DNA from: Stegostoma tigrinum
Lineage: Eukaryota
Direction: 5' to 3'
Assembly (NCBI RefSeq): GCF_030684315.1
Contig: NC_081360.1
Coordinates: forward strand, 8,846,599 to 8,910,598
Length of the DNA stretch: 64,000 nucleotides
Positions 26,786-39,160 of the stretch are shown piece by piece. Numbering within the stretch: position 1 is the stretch's first letter; each line of letters starts with the position of its first letter. The notes beneath the pieces are model-generated. The model had not been told where the DNA came from. It ran no database searches and was given only the letters and a program-made list of their open reading frames with translations. Position numbers and translations under genes: made by a program.

Positions 26786-27307
26786 AAGTGTCCTGCTTGG
26801 TAACATAGTTGACGATGCCTTTCATCATGTTGCTGATGATCATGCATACACTGATGTTTTGGTTATCGTTCGGGCTGGATTTGTTTTACTTATTTCAATG
26901 TGTATGAATGATAATAATTTATGGATTAGGTATAATTTACAGATCTCAATCACTTGAATGCTTCAAGGTTGCTGTCTGATGAGAATGTTAAGAAGTAATT
27001 TGTTGTTAATAACATAAAGGTAAGTGGCATTGTTAGCAGAGTAGGTAGAAACATGCAATTACAAGTAAATATCAATAAATTAAAAGAATGATTGAAACTG
27101 AGGCAAACAGATTGTGGGGCATCCCATATTAAATCTAAAAGGGTCTATATTTCTTAAATTTCTTAAAAACTAGAAGCAGTGAAAGTTGAAACACATTTAA
27201 GGGTCCATGTACAAAGGTCAAAAAAATGTCATGAACTATCATAAAAGTAACTCCAAATAGCTGATAGAAAGCTGGTCCACATATCTCACGAAGTCGAAAA
27301 CAAGCAA

Positions 27308-27533
27308 GAAAAACCAAAAGAACTGCGGATGCTGTAAATCAGGAACAGAAACAGAAGCTGCTGGAAAAGCTCAGCAGGCCTGGTAGCATTTGTGAAAAAA
27401 AAAGTAGTTAATATTTTGGGTCCTGCGACCCTTCTTCAAAACTGAGCAAGTTCTGAGGAAGGGTCACCAGACCCGAAATGTTAGGTCTGATATTTTTCTT
27501 CACGGATGCTGCCAGACTTGCTGAGCTTTTCCA
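27308..27533. mobile_element. Fold-back pLTR element (family B) with hammerhead motif
   Basis: Inverted arms ctggaaaagctcagca / tgctgagcttttccag; agtt-CTGAGGA-a-gggtc-acca-gaccc-GAAA-tgtt at 27449-27482; TSD gaaaa(c/g)aagcaa at 27296-27307 and 27534-27545. Confidence 0.82.
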
Positions 27534-28024
27534 GAAAAGAAGCAATGATTGAGAGGAGCTAGTTAAGGAGGCGAGATCAGCTTCCCTCTTTCTGGTCTTG
27601 GTTGTTAACACCTTTCCCAAAGGGTGAGGCCCAGGATCATACACAATGCTTCAAGTAAAGCCTGACCAGGGATTTTGAAAGTTTTAGCATGATATCCTTG
27701 CTTTTATATTTATCTCTATTTACAAAGCCGTGAAGTCCATCTGTCTTCTTAACTGCCTCATCAACTTGCCGTGCTATCTCCAAGAGGAGGCAATGGCCTC
27801 GTGCTATTATTGCTGAACTGTTAATTCAGAGGCCCCTGGTAACACTCTGGGGACCAGGGATCAAATCGCACCACGGCAGATGGTGGAATTTGAATTCAAC
27901 AAAAAAAAGTCTACAGATGAACATGAATGCCCTTCAGGGAGGGAACCTGCTGTCCTTACCTGGTTTGGCCACCCATATGACTCCATACCTACAGCAATGT
28001 GGTTGATTCTTAACTGCCCTCTGG

Positions 28025-28655
28025 GTCCTGTCTTCCTGTATGGCTGTGAGATGTGGTCTGCCTACAGCAGACACCCCTGAAGCGATACCACCAACATTGC
28101 CTGCACAAGATTCTGCAAATCCACTGGGAAGAAAGACACACTGATACCAGGGTCCTTGACCAGGCCAACGTCCCCAACCATTCAGGCATGGATCACCTTT
28201 GACTAGCTGCAATGGGCTGTGCACATTGTCTACATAACTGACACGAAACTCCCCGAGCAGGTGCTCCAGTCCCAGCTCCGAAACAGCAGGCAAGCCCCAG
28301 GTGGACAGAGGAAGCGCTTCAGCCACACACTCAATGACTCACTGGCGTAGTGCGGCATTCCCACAGACCTCTGGGAATCACTGGCCCAAGAGCGTCCAAA
28401 GTGGAGGAGGAGCATCCGGGAAGGCGTTCGAGCACCTTGAGGCTTGCCATCAGGAAAAAACAGAAGTCAGGTGAAAATAGCTAAAGGAGTGCACTGCTGT
28501 GTCCACATCCCACCCACCCGTTCCCACGGCCACCTCCTGCCCCAAGTATAACAGAGCCTGCAGAAGCTGCATCGGCCTGTACAGGCACCTACCTCATCCT
28601 GAGAGGTGGAAGAGATCATCCTCGTCTGCAAGGGACTACCAATGAAGGAATGAAT
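28025..28655 (+). mobile_element. RTE-clade LINE 3' fragment
   Basis: VFLYGCEMW followed by sequence encoding YHQHCLHKILQIHWE and GGQRKRF motifs typical of RTE ORF C-termini. Confidence 0.75.
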
Positions 28656-29337
28656 ATCCTCTGGGCAATACGGGATGGGCAATAAATGCTGGCTGAGCCA
28701 CCTATGTCCACAATCCATGAATGAAAGAAAGAATTTATGACTGTGCACCCTAAGATATTCTGTGGTGGCTTCCTCCTTGAAATGGTGCCATTTAGATTAT
28801 GTTGCTTCGGCCATTATTGTTTTTTCTATCAGTTCACACTCATCCTTAAACTACAGCTGCCGTATTTCAGCCCATTTCATCAAGCTGCCTCTGTTCTCTT
28901 GAAACCTGTTACTATCTTGCTCTCTATTTATTACATTTTACAACTTTAAATCACCAGTAAGAACTAGGAATTGTACTCTCTAACCCTCAGTCCAAATCAT
29001 ATGTGTAGAACAAGAGAAGTGATGCTCCTAGTATTGATCCTGGAATACCACAGTACATCCTCCAGTCAGAAAAATCAACATCCACCACTATTCTCTGCTC
29101 CTTGTGCATTAACAAATTCCGCAATCAAGTTAGTACTATTCCTTTAATTCCATACATTTTGAATCCACCTGTTAAGTGGTACTTTATCAAATGCCTTTGG
29201 ATGTACAAGCTGTACTACATCACCTTCATCAAACTGCTTAACGTTTTATCAAATATCAGTCATTCAAGTACCTCACACGTTTTAAAAGAAAATTGATGCT
29301 GGCTCTGCCTTTTGAACCCATACCTCTCTGACTGAGA

Positions 29338-29833
29338 TAATAAAGTGTGAAGCTGGATGAACGCAGCAGGCCCAGCAGCATCTCAGGAGCACAAAAGCTG
29401 ACGTTTTGGGCCTAGACTCTTCATCAGAGAGGGGGATGCGGTGAGGGTTCTGGAATAAATAGGGAGAGAGGGGGAGGCGGACAGAAGATGGAGAGAAAAG
29501 AAGATAGGTGGAGAGGAGAGTATAGGTGGGGAGGTAGGGAGGGGATAGGTGAGTCCAGGGAAGACAGACAGGTCGAGGAGGTGGGATGAGGTTAGTAGGT
29601 AGGAGATGGAGGTGCGGCTTGGGGTGGGAGGAAGGGATGGGTGAGAGGAAGAACAGGTTAGGGAGGCAGAGACAGGCTGGACTGGTTTTGGGATGCAGTG
29701 GGGGGAGGGGTTAGGGTTAGGGTTAGGGTTAGGGTTAGAGATGCTGCTTGGCCTGCTGTGTTCATCCAGCTTCACACTTTATTATCTTGGATTCTCCAGC
29801 ATCTGCAGTCCCATTATCACTGATACAATTTTA
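29338..29833. mobile_element. Fold-back Penelope 3'-end insertion containing telomeric repeats
   Basis: Antisense Penelope 3' end 29338-29710, then (TTAGGG)4TTAG, then a sense pLTR arm 29737-29833; TSD acctctctg(a/c)ctgaga at 29322-29337 and 29834-29849. Confidence 0.9.
29708..29738 (+). repeat. Interstitial telomeric repeat GGG(TTAGGG)4TTAG
   Basis: Read directly from the sequence. Confidence 0.97.
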
Positions 29834-30072
29834 ACCTCTCTGCCTGAGAGTTAGCTTTGTCTTGCCATCAATTATGTTAGAATGATAGGTCTCCAGTTAT
29901 AAGATTTGTCCCTCCCTCCGTTTTGAACCAGGATGAAACTGCTTGCTATAACTCTAGTCCTCCGGCATTGAAAAATTGTGGTCAGAAATCCTGCCTCCAG
30001 CTCTAGCCTCCTTGGCAGCAGTGAGTGATTTGTGATAGATCCCATCTGGACCTGGGGACTTATCCACCCTAA

Positions 30073-30434
30073 TGCCATCAGGAAAAAACAGAAGTCAGGT
30101 GAAAATAGCTAAAGGAGTGCACTGCTGTGTCCACATCCCACCCACCCGTTCCCACGGCCACCTCCTGCCCCAAGTATAACAGAGCCTGCAGAAGCTGCAT
30201 CGGCCTGTACAGGCACCTACCTCATCCTGAGAGGTGGAAGAGATCATCCTCGTCTGCAAGGGACTACCAATGAAGGAATGAATTGCTTTGGAGGGAGATG
30301 ACCACAGAGGACACTTGCACTGCCTTCCTGCTTTTTTTCTCCCTTTTGGTCACCAATTCCCTTTCTCCCTCAGCAATCCTAATCTGCGGTGTGTCCAATT
30401 TGCTAAACGTGCTATCCACGACTTCCTCAGCATT
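30073..30434 (+). repeat. Composite local duplication (211 bp copy of 28445-28655 + 152 bp copy of 32449-32600)
   Basis: Both segments appear identical to their sources on visual comparison. Confidence 0.92.
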
Positions 30435-32905
30435 CCTCAGATGCCTTCCTTAGGCCAACTTGACCTAGATTAATCAAACATCTATCCCTAACCTCAACAT
30501 CCTTCATGTCCCTCTCCTAGGTAAATACCAACGCAAAGTACTCATTAAGAATGTCACTCATTTTCTCTGACTCCTCGCATGCCCACTTTTGTTCTTGAGT
30601 GGGCCAACCCTTTCTCTAGTTACCCTCTTGCTCCTTATGCGTGAATAAAAGACTTTGGGATTTTCCTTAACCCTGTTTGCTAAAGATATTTCATGACCTC
30701 TTTTAGCCCTCTTAATTCCTCGTTTCAGTTTGGCCCTACTTTCCCGATATTCTTCCAAAGCTTCGTCTGTTTTCAGTCACCTCGGCCTTATGTATGTTTC
30801 CTTTTTCTTCTTTGCTAGTCTCACAATTTCATCTGTCATCCATGGTTCCCTAATCTTGCCCTTTCCTTCCCTCATTTTCACAGAAACATGTCTGGCCTGC
30901 ACTCTAATCAACATCTCTTTAAAAACCTCCCACATATCAAATGTGGATTTACCCTCAAACTGCTGCTCCCAACCCACATTCCCTAGCTCCTGCCGAATTT
31001 TGCTATAGTTGGCCTTCCCCCAATTTAGCACTCTTCCTTTAGGACCACACTTGTCTTTGTCCATCAGTATTCTAAAATTTACAGCACTGTAATCACTACT
31101 CCCAAAATAATCCCTAACAGAAACTTCAACCACCTGGCCGGGCTCATTTCCAACACCAGGTCCAGTATGGCCCCTTCCCAAGTTGGACTATTTACATACT
31201 GCTCTATAAAACCCTCCTGGATGCTTCTTACAAATTCTGCTCCATCTAAACCCCTAACACTAAGTGAATCCCAGTTGGGAAAATTAAAATCTCCCATCAC
31301 CACCACCCTGTTGCTCCTACATCTTTCTGTAATCTGTCTACATATTTGTACCTCTAGGTCACGCTCGCTTTTGGGAGGCCTGTAGTACAGCCCCAACATT
31401 GCTACTGCACCCCTTCTATTTCTGAGCTCTGCCCATATTGTTTCACTGCTCAAGTATTCCATAGTGCCCTCCTTCAGCACAGCTGTGATATCCTCTTTGA
31501 CTAGTAATGCAACTCCTCCAGCCCTTTTACCTCCCTCTCTATCCCACCTGATACATCTATATCCAGGGATATTTCATTGCCAATCTTGCCCTTCCCTCAA
31601 CCAAGTCTCAGTAATAGCAAGAACATCATACTCCCAGGTATTAATCAAAGCCCTAAGTTCATCTGCCTTACCTATACACTTCTCACATTAAAACAAATGC
31701 ACCTCAGACCACCTGTCCCTTTGTGTTCATCATCTGCTCTCTGCCTACTCTTCTCCTTAGTCACACTGACTTCATTATCTAGTTCCTTACCGGCTTTAGT
31801 TACTACCTCCTCACTGTTCACTGACCTCCTCATTTGGTTCCCATCCCCCGCCACATTAGTTCAAACCCTCCCCAACAGCGTTAACAAAAGCACCCCCTAG
31901 GACATCGGTTCCAGTCCTGCCCAGGTGTAGACAGTCTGATTTGTTATTATCCCACCTCCCCCCAAACCGATCCCAATGCCCAGAAGTCTGAACACCTCCT
32001 TCCTGCACCATCTCTCAAGACACTCATTTATCCTGCCTATTCTTTCATTTCTATTTGGACTAGCACGTGGCACTAATAGCAATCCTGAGATTACTACCTC
32101 TGGGGTCCTATTTTTTAACTTGGCTCCTAACTCCCTAAATTCTGCTTGTAGGACCTCATCCCATTTATTACCTATATCATTGGTGCCCATATGCACCACG
32201 ACAGCTGGCTGTTCACCCTCCCCCTTCAGAATGTCCTGCAGTTGGTCCGAGACATCCCTGACCTGTGCACCTGGGAGGCAACATACCATTCGGGAGTCTT
32301 GTTTGTGACCACAGAACCACCTATCTCTTCCCCTAACAACTGAACCTCCTATGACTATAGCCCTTCCACTCTTTTTCCCACCCCTCTTTACAGCAGAGCC
32401 AACCACGGTGCCATGAACCTGACTATTGTTGCCTTTCCCTCAGTATACTTGCTTTGGAGGGAGATGACCACAGAGGACACTTGCACTGCCTTCCTGCTTT
32501 TTTTCTCCCTTTTGGTCACCAATTCCCTTTCTCCCTCAGCAATCCTAATCTGCGGTGTGTCCAATTTGCTAAACGTGCTATCCACGACTTCCTCAGCATT
32601 GCGGAAGCTTCGAAGTGAGTCCATCCACAGATCCAGAGCCGTCATACAGTCTAACAATGGCTGCAGCTGGACATACTTCCTACACATGTACAAGTCAGGA
32701 ACATCAGCCCCATCCCTGAGTTCCAACATTGAGCAAGAGGAGCATAACACAGTTCTGGGATCTTGTGCCATTTTTACTCTAAAGCTTAGCTTAGCCCTAC
32801 TATCATATCAAATACTGGATAAATGAAATGAAAGAATTTTTACCAATCACTCTACTTACCAGCACACGATTAAACAAAGCCTTATCTTATCAACACACCA
32901 CAGAG

Positions 32906-33036
32906 ATAATGGGAACTGCAGATGCTGGAGAATCCTAGATAGCAAAGTGTGGGGCTGGATGAACACAGCAGGCCAAGCAGCATCTTAGGAGCACAAAAGC
33001 TGACGTTTCGGGCCTAGACCCTTCATCAGAAAAAAG
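32906..33036 (-). mobile_element. Solo pLTR mini-element (family A) with intact hammerhead core
   Basis: Minus strand CTGATGAAGGGTCTAGGCCCGAAACGTCAG at 33029-33000; perfect 12-bp TSD cacaccacagag at 32894-32905 and 33037-33048. Confidence 0.9.
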
Positions 33037-34494
33037 CACACCACAGAGTCTGTTTTTTTGATGAGGGGAGGAGGGTGGATGGGAGACACTACACATGGCC
33101 CCTCCCCAAATATATTAGTTCACTCACCTTCCCAGAGTACAATTCAACCGCTCCCACTCAGGTCTGCTGCCAAAACAAAGAACTTACCTCTCCGTCAACC
33201 CCATGGCCCTCGCTCTTATCACTCCTGCCGCTGGTGCAAAATTGGAAGCTGCTGATTTCATGGGGTAAGTCTTTTAAAATGAAAAGCTCACTTTCCCGGC
33301 AATCCCATGGTCCTTGCTCTCACCTCTCCTGCTGCTGCAAAAATGATTTTTTTTAGATTAACCACCTTTTTTTGTTGTAATCATTCTTTGCCTTTCTTAT
33401 AGTTTTCAGTTTTACCCAGACCTCTCTGTATTCTGCCTATTTTACAATTGTATGTTGCATCGGGTATTTGTTCGATACTTCCTTTTCCAGAAGCTCTAAT
33501 CCATTAGTTATCAGACAAATTTAGCTTTGCAAGCCTCAATTTTTCCTCACATTTGTCCCTTTGGTTTGTATCCAGATCATCCTCACCTTAAATGCCTGCT
33601 GTTTCTCATTGGCCAGCATTTGTTTTGAGCCCATTTCTGATAGATCTCATCTGAAAACAATTAATTTGGCTCTCTTTTATTTGGGTATTTTTGTCTTTGA
33701 TTCTTCTTTGTACCTTTCCATACCAGCTCTAACCCTGATTATATTCTGATCACTGTTATCCAGATGTTGTCCCACTGAAACACCCTCAACTGGCTGAACC
33801 TCATTCCCCAGAGCTGAATCCAGATCCCTACTGGGCTAGAAATATACGAATTAAGGTAATTCTTCTGAGTACATTGCGCCTCAACTATGTCCTCCAGTCT
33901 CTACAAGGGAGGTTTTTTTGCCCCTAATTGGCTTCACCCTTTCTTTGGGAGGTCTTCACCATTCTTACTGTTACCCCTGTTTTTATACCGTTCCATCGAA
34001 AAGTGTTTAAAGGCCCTTCCTGTTAATGATGTTTTCTGAACCATGCCCAAAGATTTGCTCCTCTACCTGCTTCTCACTGCAGCAAGCATTGAACAATGTA
34101 ACAGTTAATTTTCTTGTTCTTTAACTTGAGCCACACTGATTCCCTTTTTGAACCCTGTGGTATGTTGCCTTTCTGTGGAAATGTAGGAAGAGAATTAAAA
34201 TTCCATTCCCACGGCTCTGCATAGGCCTACTGCTTTTTTGCTGGGGCGTGATGCACTCAGCAGCTCTGATATCGCCTGCTTGGCTCCCAGTCTTGAGGGG
34301 CATGTCTGAGCAGTCATCCTAGAGTGGGCTCAGGGGCTGTGAAGGAATTAGTTTTTTTCCTGTACACTGCCCTAACCTGGTCCCCATCTGTGTCCTCTGC
34401 AGCAAAAACCCATTTGTAAACCCAGTTGCTCAAGCCACTCAACATGAACCATCATTTCCCAATGGTTTAGCTAGAAACTGTGCCTTTTAAATGT

Positions 34495-34722
34495 TTTTTG
34501 TCATGGGTTGTGAATATTCCTGTCAAGACCAGCATTTATTGCCCAGTCCTAAATTCCCTTGAGAAGGTGGTGGTGAACAGTCTTCTTGTAACACTGTGAT
34601 CCTTGGGGTGTAAGGACACCCACAATGCTGTTAGGGAGTCCAGGATTTTGTCCCAGTGACACTGAAAGAACAGAGACATACTTTCAAGTCAAGATGCTGA
34701 GTGGCTTGGAGAGGAACTTGTG
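34495..34722 (-). mobile_element. Second LINE family 3' end
   Basis: Reverse complement of the ...caataaatgctgg...cccatgaa tail seen at 26700-26780 and 45440-45530. Confidence 0.7.
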
Positions 34723-34956
34723 AGCTCTTTACACTGAAAAATCTACATTTTCTTTTACTTTGATTTAAGAGATCCTCGTCCTGAAACAGTCCGTGCCCAA
34801 AGAGGAACAGGTTATGCCCAAAGTCACAAAGCAGAGTAGCCCCTGACTGCACCCATTTCAATGCTGACAGGGCACTGTTTGTCACAGTGCACCCCCAGTG
34901 GCCTGGATGCACAGGTACCTGCAGCCTCACAAGTTGTCACCAGTTAGTGAAGCCGC

Positions 34957-34958
34957 AG

Positions 34959-34995
<37 letters not shown>

Positions 34996-35000
34996 CAGAG
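34957..35000. repeat. (AGCCAG)n hexamer microsatellite
   Basis: About 7 tandem agccag units. Confidence 0.95.
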
Positions 35001-36769
35001 TAGCAGCAGCAAACCTAGCAATTTCTTTAAGCTGGGAGGAAAATACTGCTTGCCGTTTGGTCTCCAGCCCACCACTACTACCTTTTGACTGTCCCACCCT
35101 ATTTAATCCTCGTCTATCTTTGATTGAGTGACTGCTAAATGGGAAATTCTGTATTTGGATTAATGCTGATGGTTAACATTGACACTTAGCTGTGACCTCA
35201 CCTCTGTCAAACTGGAAGTGTTGAGTTCATCCTGGGCTCATTGAGCTCATCAAAGACCTCCAGGCCAATAGATTATGCAGAATGCCGTCCTCCAGTCCCT
35301 CCATTCCACGTTCCCCGTAACACAGGCTCACATATCCAGACATACAATTTGTAAGAATGAAATTAGACATTTTTATTGTACTTACCATTGATTCTGACTG
35401 TTATCTTTTGGATGTTCATGTATTTAATCTTTGGTGTGCACAGATGACCTTGTTGTTCGTTGTGAAGATGCTGTCATTTCCCAACACATTCTTTCAAAGT
35501 AGTTTACTGACTCAGTAATACAGACATAAATGATATAAAAGTAAGAGATGCTCAGCTGTATCCACAGGCCAGTTGGATTTATTTCCCATTGCACCAGCTG
35601 AAGAGAACAGCCCAAGTACTTAGGGAAGTCATGAAACGTTTAACTATTTTCACGTTTTCTTCCTTGTTCATGGGATGTGTATTTTGCTGGCACAGCCCTG
35701 ATCCTGATTGCCCTCGAGAAGGTGATGGTGAATAGCTGCACATCCACATTGCTGTCAGGGAGGGAGTTCCAGGATTTTGACCCAGTGATGACGTGGGGAC
35801 AGTCAATTATTTCCAAGTCAGGATGAAGTGTGCCTTTGAAGATGGCAGTGTCCCAAGTACCTGACCCTGTTATTCTTCAAGACTGTAGAGACCATAGATT
35901 TGGGAGTTGCTGTTCAGGGAGCCTAGGCAAGTTGTGGCAGTGCTTCTTGTAGATGGCACACACTACAACTATGGTGTAGCTTTGGTGTACAAAGTGATAG
36001 TGGACTGTCAATCGACAGATTGAATTTTCTAGGATGATGATGAGTTTCGTGAGTGTTAGGAGGTAGCACTCATCCAGGCAAGTGGGGAATATTCCCCCTT
36101 TCTCCTGACTTGTGTCTAGTAGATGATAGAAACAAAAACTGAAAGATGATAGAAAATAGTTTGGAATGAATCAAGGGCGAGTTAGTCACCAATGAACATT
36201 CAGCTTATGATCTGCTTTTGAAATTACAGCATAATCACAAGCTTCTTGGAGCCTGACATTTTACTAATCTGGCTTAGTCTCGTGTTACCATCTCTGCCTT
36301 TGGATTTCCATGCTGCTCCAGTAATGCTCAATGTAAGCTTGAGAAGCACTGTCTCATCTTTGACTGGATTGCTTTATAGTCTTTGGACATTAAATTCAAC
36401 AATTCCAGACCAGAAATTCTGGCCCCATTTTGTCTCCTTTTCTTCGCCTGTTTCACTTTCTTTTCGTTTATCGGCTAGCACACCTATTCTCAACGTATCT
36501 TTCATTTCTTTGTTTCTTTTCTTGCCCCATTGATCCAGGGAGTATAACACCACTGAAGTAGCCATAGTCCCAGAGGTCCATAAGGCTGCTCTCTCATTCG
36601 ATTAGTACAGTGATGGTTTAACCTGACGATTACCACAACTCAGGCAAGAGGAAAGGTTGAGAAGGTGGGATCTTCATGGTAATGTCAGCTAGTGCAGGAA
36701 TTGAGCTCACACTGTTGGCATCACTCTGCATTGCAAGCCAGCTGTCTAGCCAAGTGAGCTGGGCTGAGG

Positions 36770-37566
36770 AGTGGCAAATGGATTTTCATTAGGATAAATG
36801 TGAGGTATTGCATTTTAGTAATACAAATAAGGCCAGGGCTTATATAGGGCCCTGGATAGTGTTGTAGAACAGGGAGACCGCAGGGTCATGGTACCTAATT
36901 CTTTGAAATTTGCCACAGGTAATCAGGATGGTAAACAATGAATGCTTGGCTTCATTGCTCAGACCTTTGAGCATAGGAGTTGGGGTGTCATGTTGAGGTT
37001 GTACAGGACTTCAGTGAAGCCTCTTCTGGAGTACTGTGTACAGTTCTGGCCATCCTGTTATAGGAAGTATATTACTAAACTGCTCAGGGTTTAGACAAGG
37101 TTTACTAGGGTGCTGCCAGGAATTGGGGGGGTTTGACTTATAAAAATAGACTGGGAGGACTGGAATCTTTCTCACTGGTGCGTAGGAGGCTGAAAGGTGA
37201 TCTTATTGAGGTTTATAAACCTCACAGAAAAGGTGAATGACAAGGGTCTTCTCCCTAAAGTGGCTGATTTCAAAACCGGGGGCATACTTTTAAGGTGAGA
37301 GGAGAAAGATTTAAAAAGGGCAGGAGGGGCTGATGTTTTACACAGAGAGTGATTCATGTGTGAAATGAACTTCTAGAGAAAATTGTGGATGTAGGTGCAG
37401 TTACAATGTCTAAAAGACATTTGGATAAGCTCATGACGGGGAAGGATTTGTAGGGATATGGGCCAAATGGTAGAAGGTGGGGCTAGAGTAATTTAGGAAC
37501 ATGGTCTGCATGGACTTTGTACAACCAAGGGGTTTGTTTCCATGCTGTATATCTCAATGACTATGA
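36770..37566 (+). mobile_element. CR1 LINE 3' fragment
   Basis: gagtggcaaatggatttt..aaatgtgaggtattgcatttt; gagtactgtgtacagttctgg; tail caatgactatg. Confidence 0.85.
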
Positions 37567-38109
37567 AATCCTATTTTCTCTAGTCTTCCATCTATCACAG
37601 AACTTCCTTTTGTCCCTGTCACACTCAATCCTCACTTAAAACCTATTCCATCTCTAACATTTCTCAATCTTAATGAAAGGTCACCCTGAAACATTGAGCT
37701 GAATGTTCTCATGTCTTGGCAAAATGCCATTTTTGGGGAAATGCACCAAAGCACACAGCTCCTGTTGACCTTCCTCATGTGACCGTCCACTCTTCAACTG
37801 ATCAATTTCGCAACTGGGCCCTCCAATGTCCAGCTCATGGAATCATGGAGCAGCAGAGGTGGATCTGCTTGCTGCTGACATGACTCTTGTTGTTCACACC
37901 TGACACCATATTTAAATAATCTGGGTGAAATGAAATGCCCTGTGGAGCAGGAAGAAGGTGAGTGACACTCTGCCCTTTGCATGTGTAAATTCTACTACCT
38001 TCTCTCTACCACCGCACATTCTCAGGGCCACCAATCACTCCAACTCTGCCATTGCTCATTAAGGCTCATGGACTCGAACTCTCACTATTGAGTCCAACCT
38101 TTCCAGGAT

Positions 38110-39160
38110 TGGTTTACTAATAGAAACCAGTGACTAGGAATTAAGGAGGCCATGTTCAGGATGGAAGCCTGTAACTCATGGTGTCCTGGGGCCACAATTA
38201 CTTGCAATATATATTTACAGGATGGAAGAGGAGAGTGAATGTGATGTGGCCAAGTTCATGGATGACAAAAAACGAGGTTGGAAAGCAAGCTGTGAGGATG
38301 ACACAAAGAGTCTGCAAAAGAAAATGGACAGGGTAAGCGAGCGGCAAAGACTTGTCAGACAGAATGTAATGTGGGAAAACGTGAGGCTTTGCACTTTGGC
38401 AAGGACAATATAGAGGGGCCAAATATTATTTAAAGGGAGAAAGAATATGGAAAGTTATGATACAGAGGACTGGGGGAGAAATCATTCTTGAGGCATGAAA
38501 AGCTAGCCAAAAAGGTCAGTGGGTGATAGGAAGGCAAATGGAATGTTAGCCCATATTGCTAAGGGATTAGAATAGGGATGTGTTGGGAGGTTTTACTCGA
38601 GCTATACAAGGTACTTAAAAATTGTGAACAATTTTATTGCCCATCACCTAAGGAAGGATATACTGATGTTCGACACAGTCCAGAGAATGTTCACTGGGCT
38701 GATATCAAGTATGGATGGACTGTCATATGAGGAGAGCTTGAGTAGGGCCTAAACTCGTTGGAATGTAAAAGAATAAGAGGTGATCTTATTGAAACACATA
38801 TGATTCTTAGGGTTCTGGACAAAGTAAATGCAGAAAGGTTGTTTCCCTTGTGGAAGAGTCGAGGGCATCATCTCAAAAGAAGGTGTTGCACATTACAGAC
38901 AGAGATGAAGAGTAATTTCTTCTCCCAGAAGTTAGCAATACTATAGAATTCTTCACTGCAGAGGGCTATCAATGCTGGGTCATTAAGTGTATTCAAGGCT
39001 TAGAGAGACAGTTTTTAATCAGTAAGGGAATCAAAGATTATAAAGAAAAGACAGAAGGTGGAATTGGGGGTTATCAGACTAATCATAATCTCATTCAATA
39101 CAGAGCAGACTTGATGGGGCTAAATGGCCTACTTCAATTCCTACATCTTATAGCCTTATA
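38110..39160 (+). mobile_element. CR1 LINE 3' fragment
   Basis: CDVAKFMDDKK, RIRGDLIETHMIL, SRGHHLK; tail atcttatagccttata. Confidence 0.85.

Larger units (their letters stand above)
30040..33350 (-). mobile_element. CR1 LINE 5' half (5'UTR, ORF1 Zn-finger + esterase, APE domain)
   Basis: MAQDPRTVLCSSCSM..CRKY, VVHMGTNDIG, YFNVRS-like CICFNVRSV, GLYYRPP, MGDFNFP, KENPKVFYSRIRSKR. Confidence 0.93.

Noticed and set aside
34898-35131. ORF with an (RA)n dipeptide run
   Set aside because: It is the translation of the AGCCAG microsatellite
35444-35498. Possible extra exon (DLVVRCEDAVISQHILS) upstream of the candidate gene
   Set aside because: The donor AA|GTAGTT is weak; kept only as an alternative model
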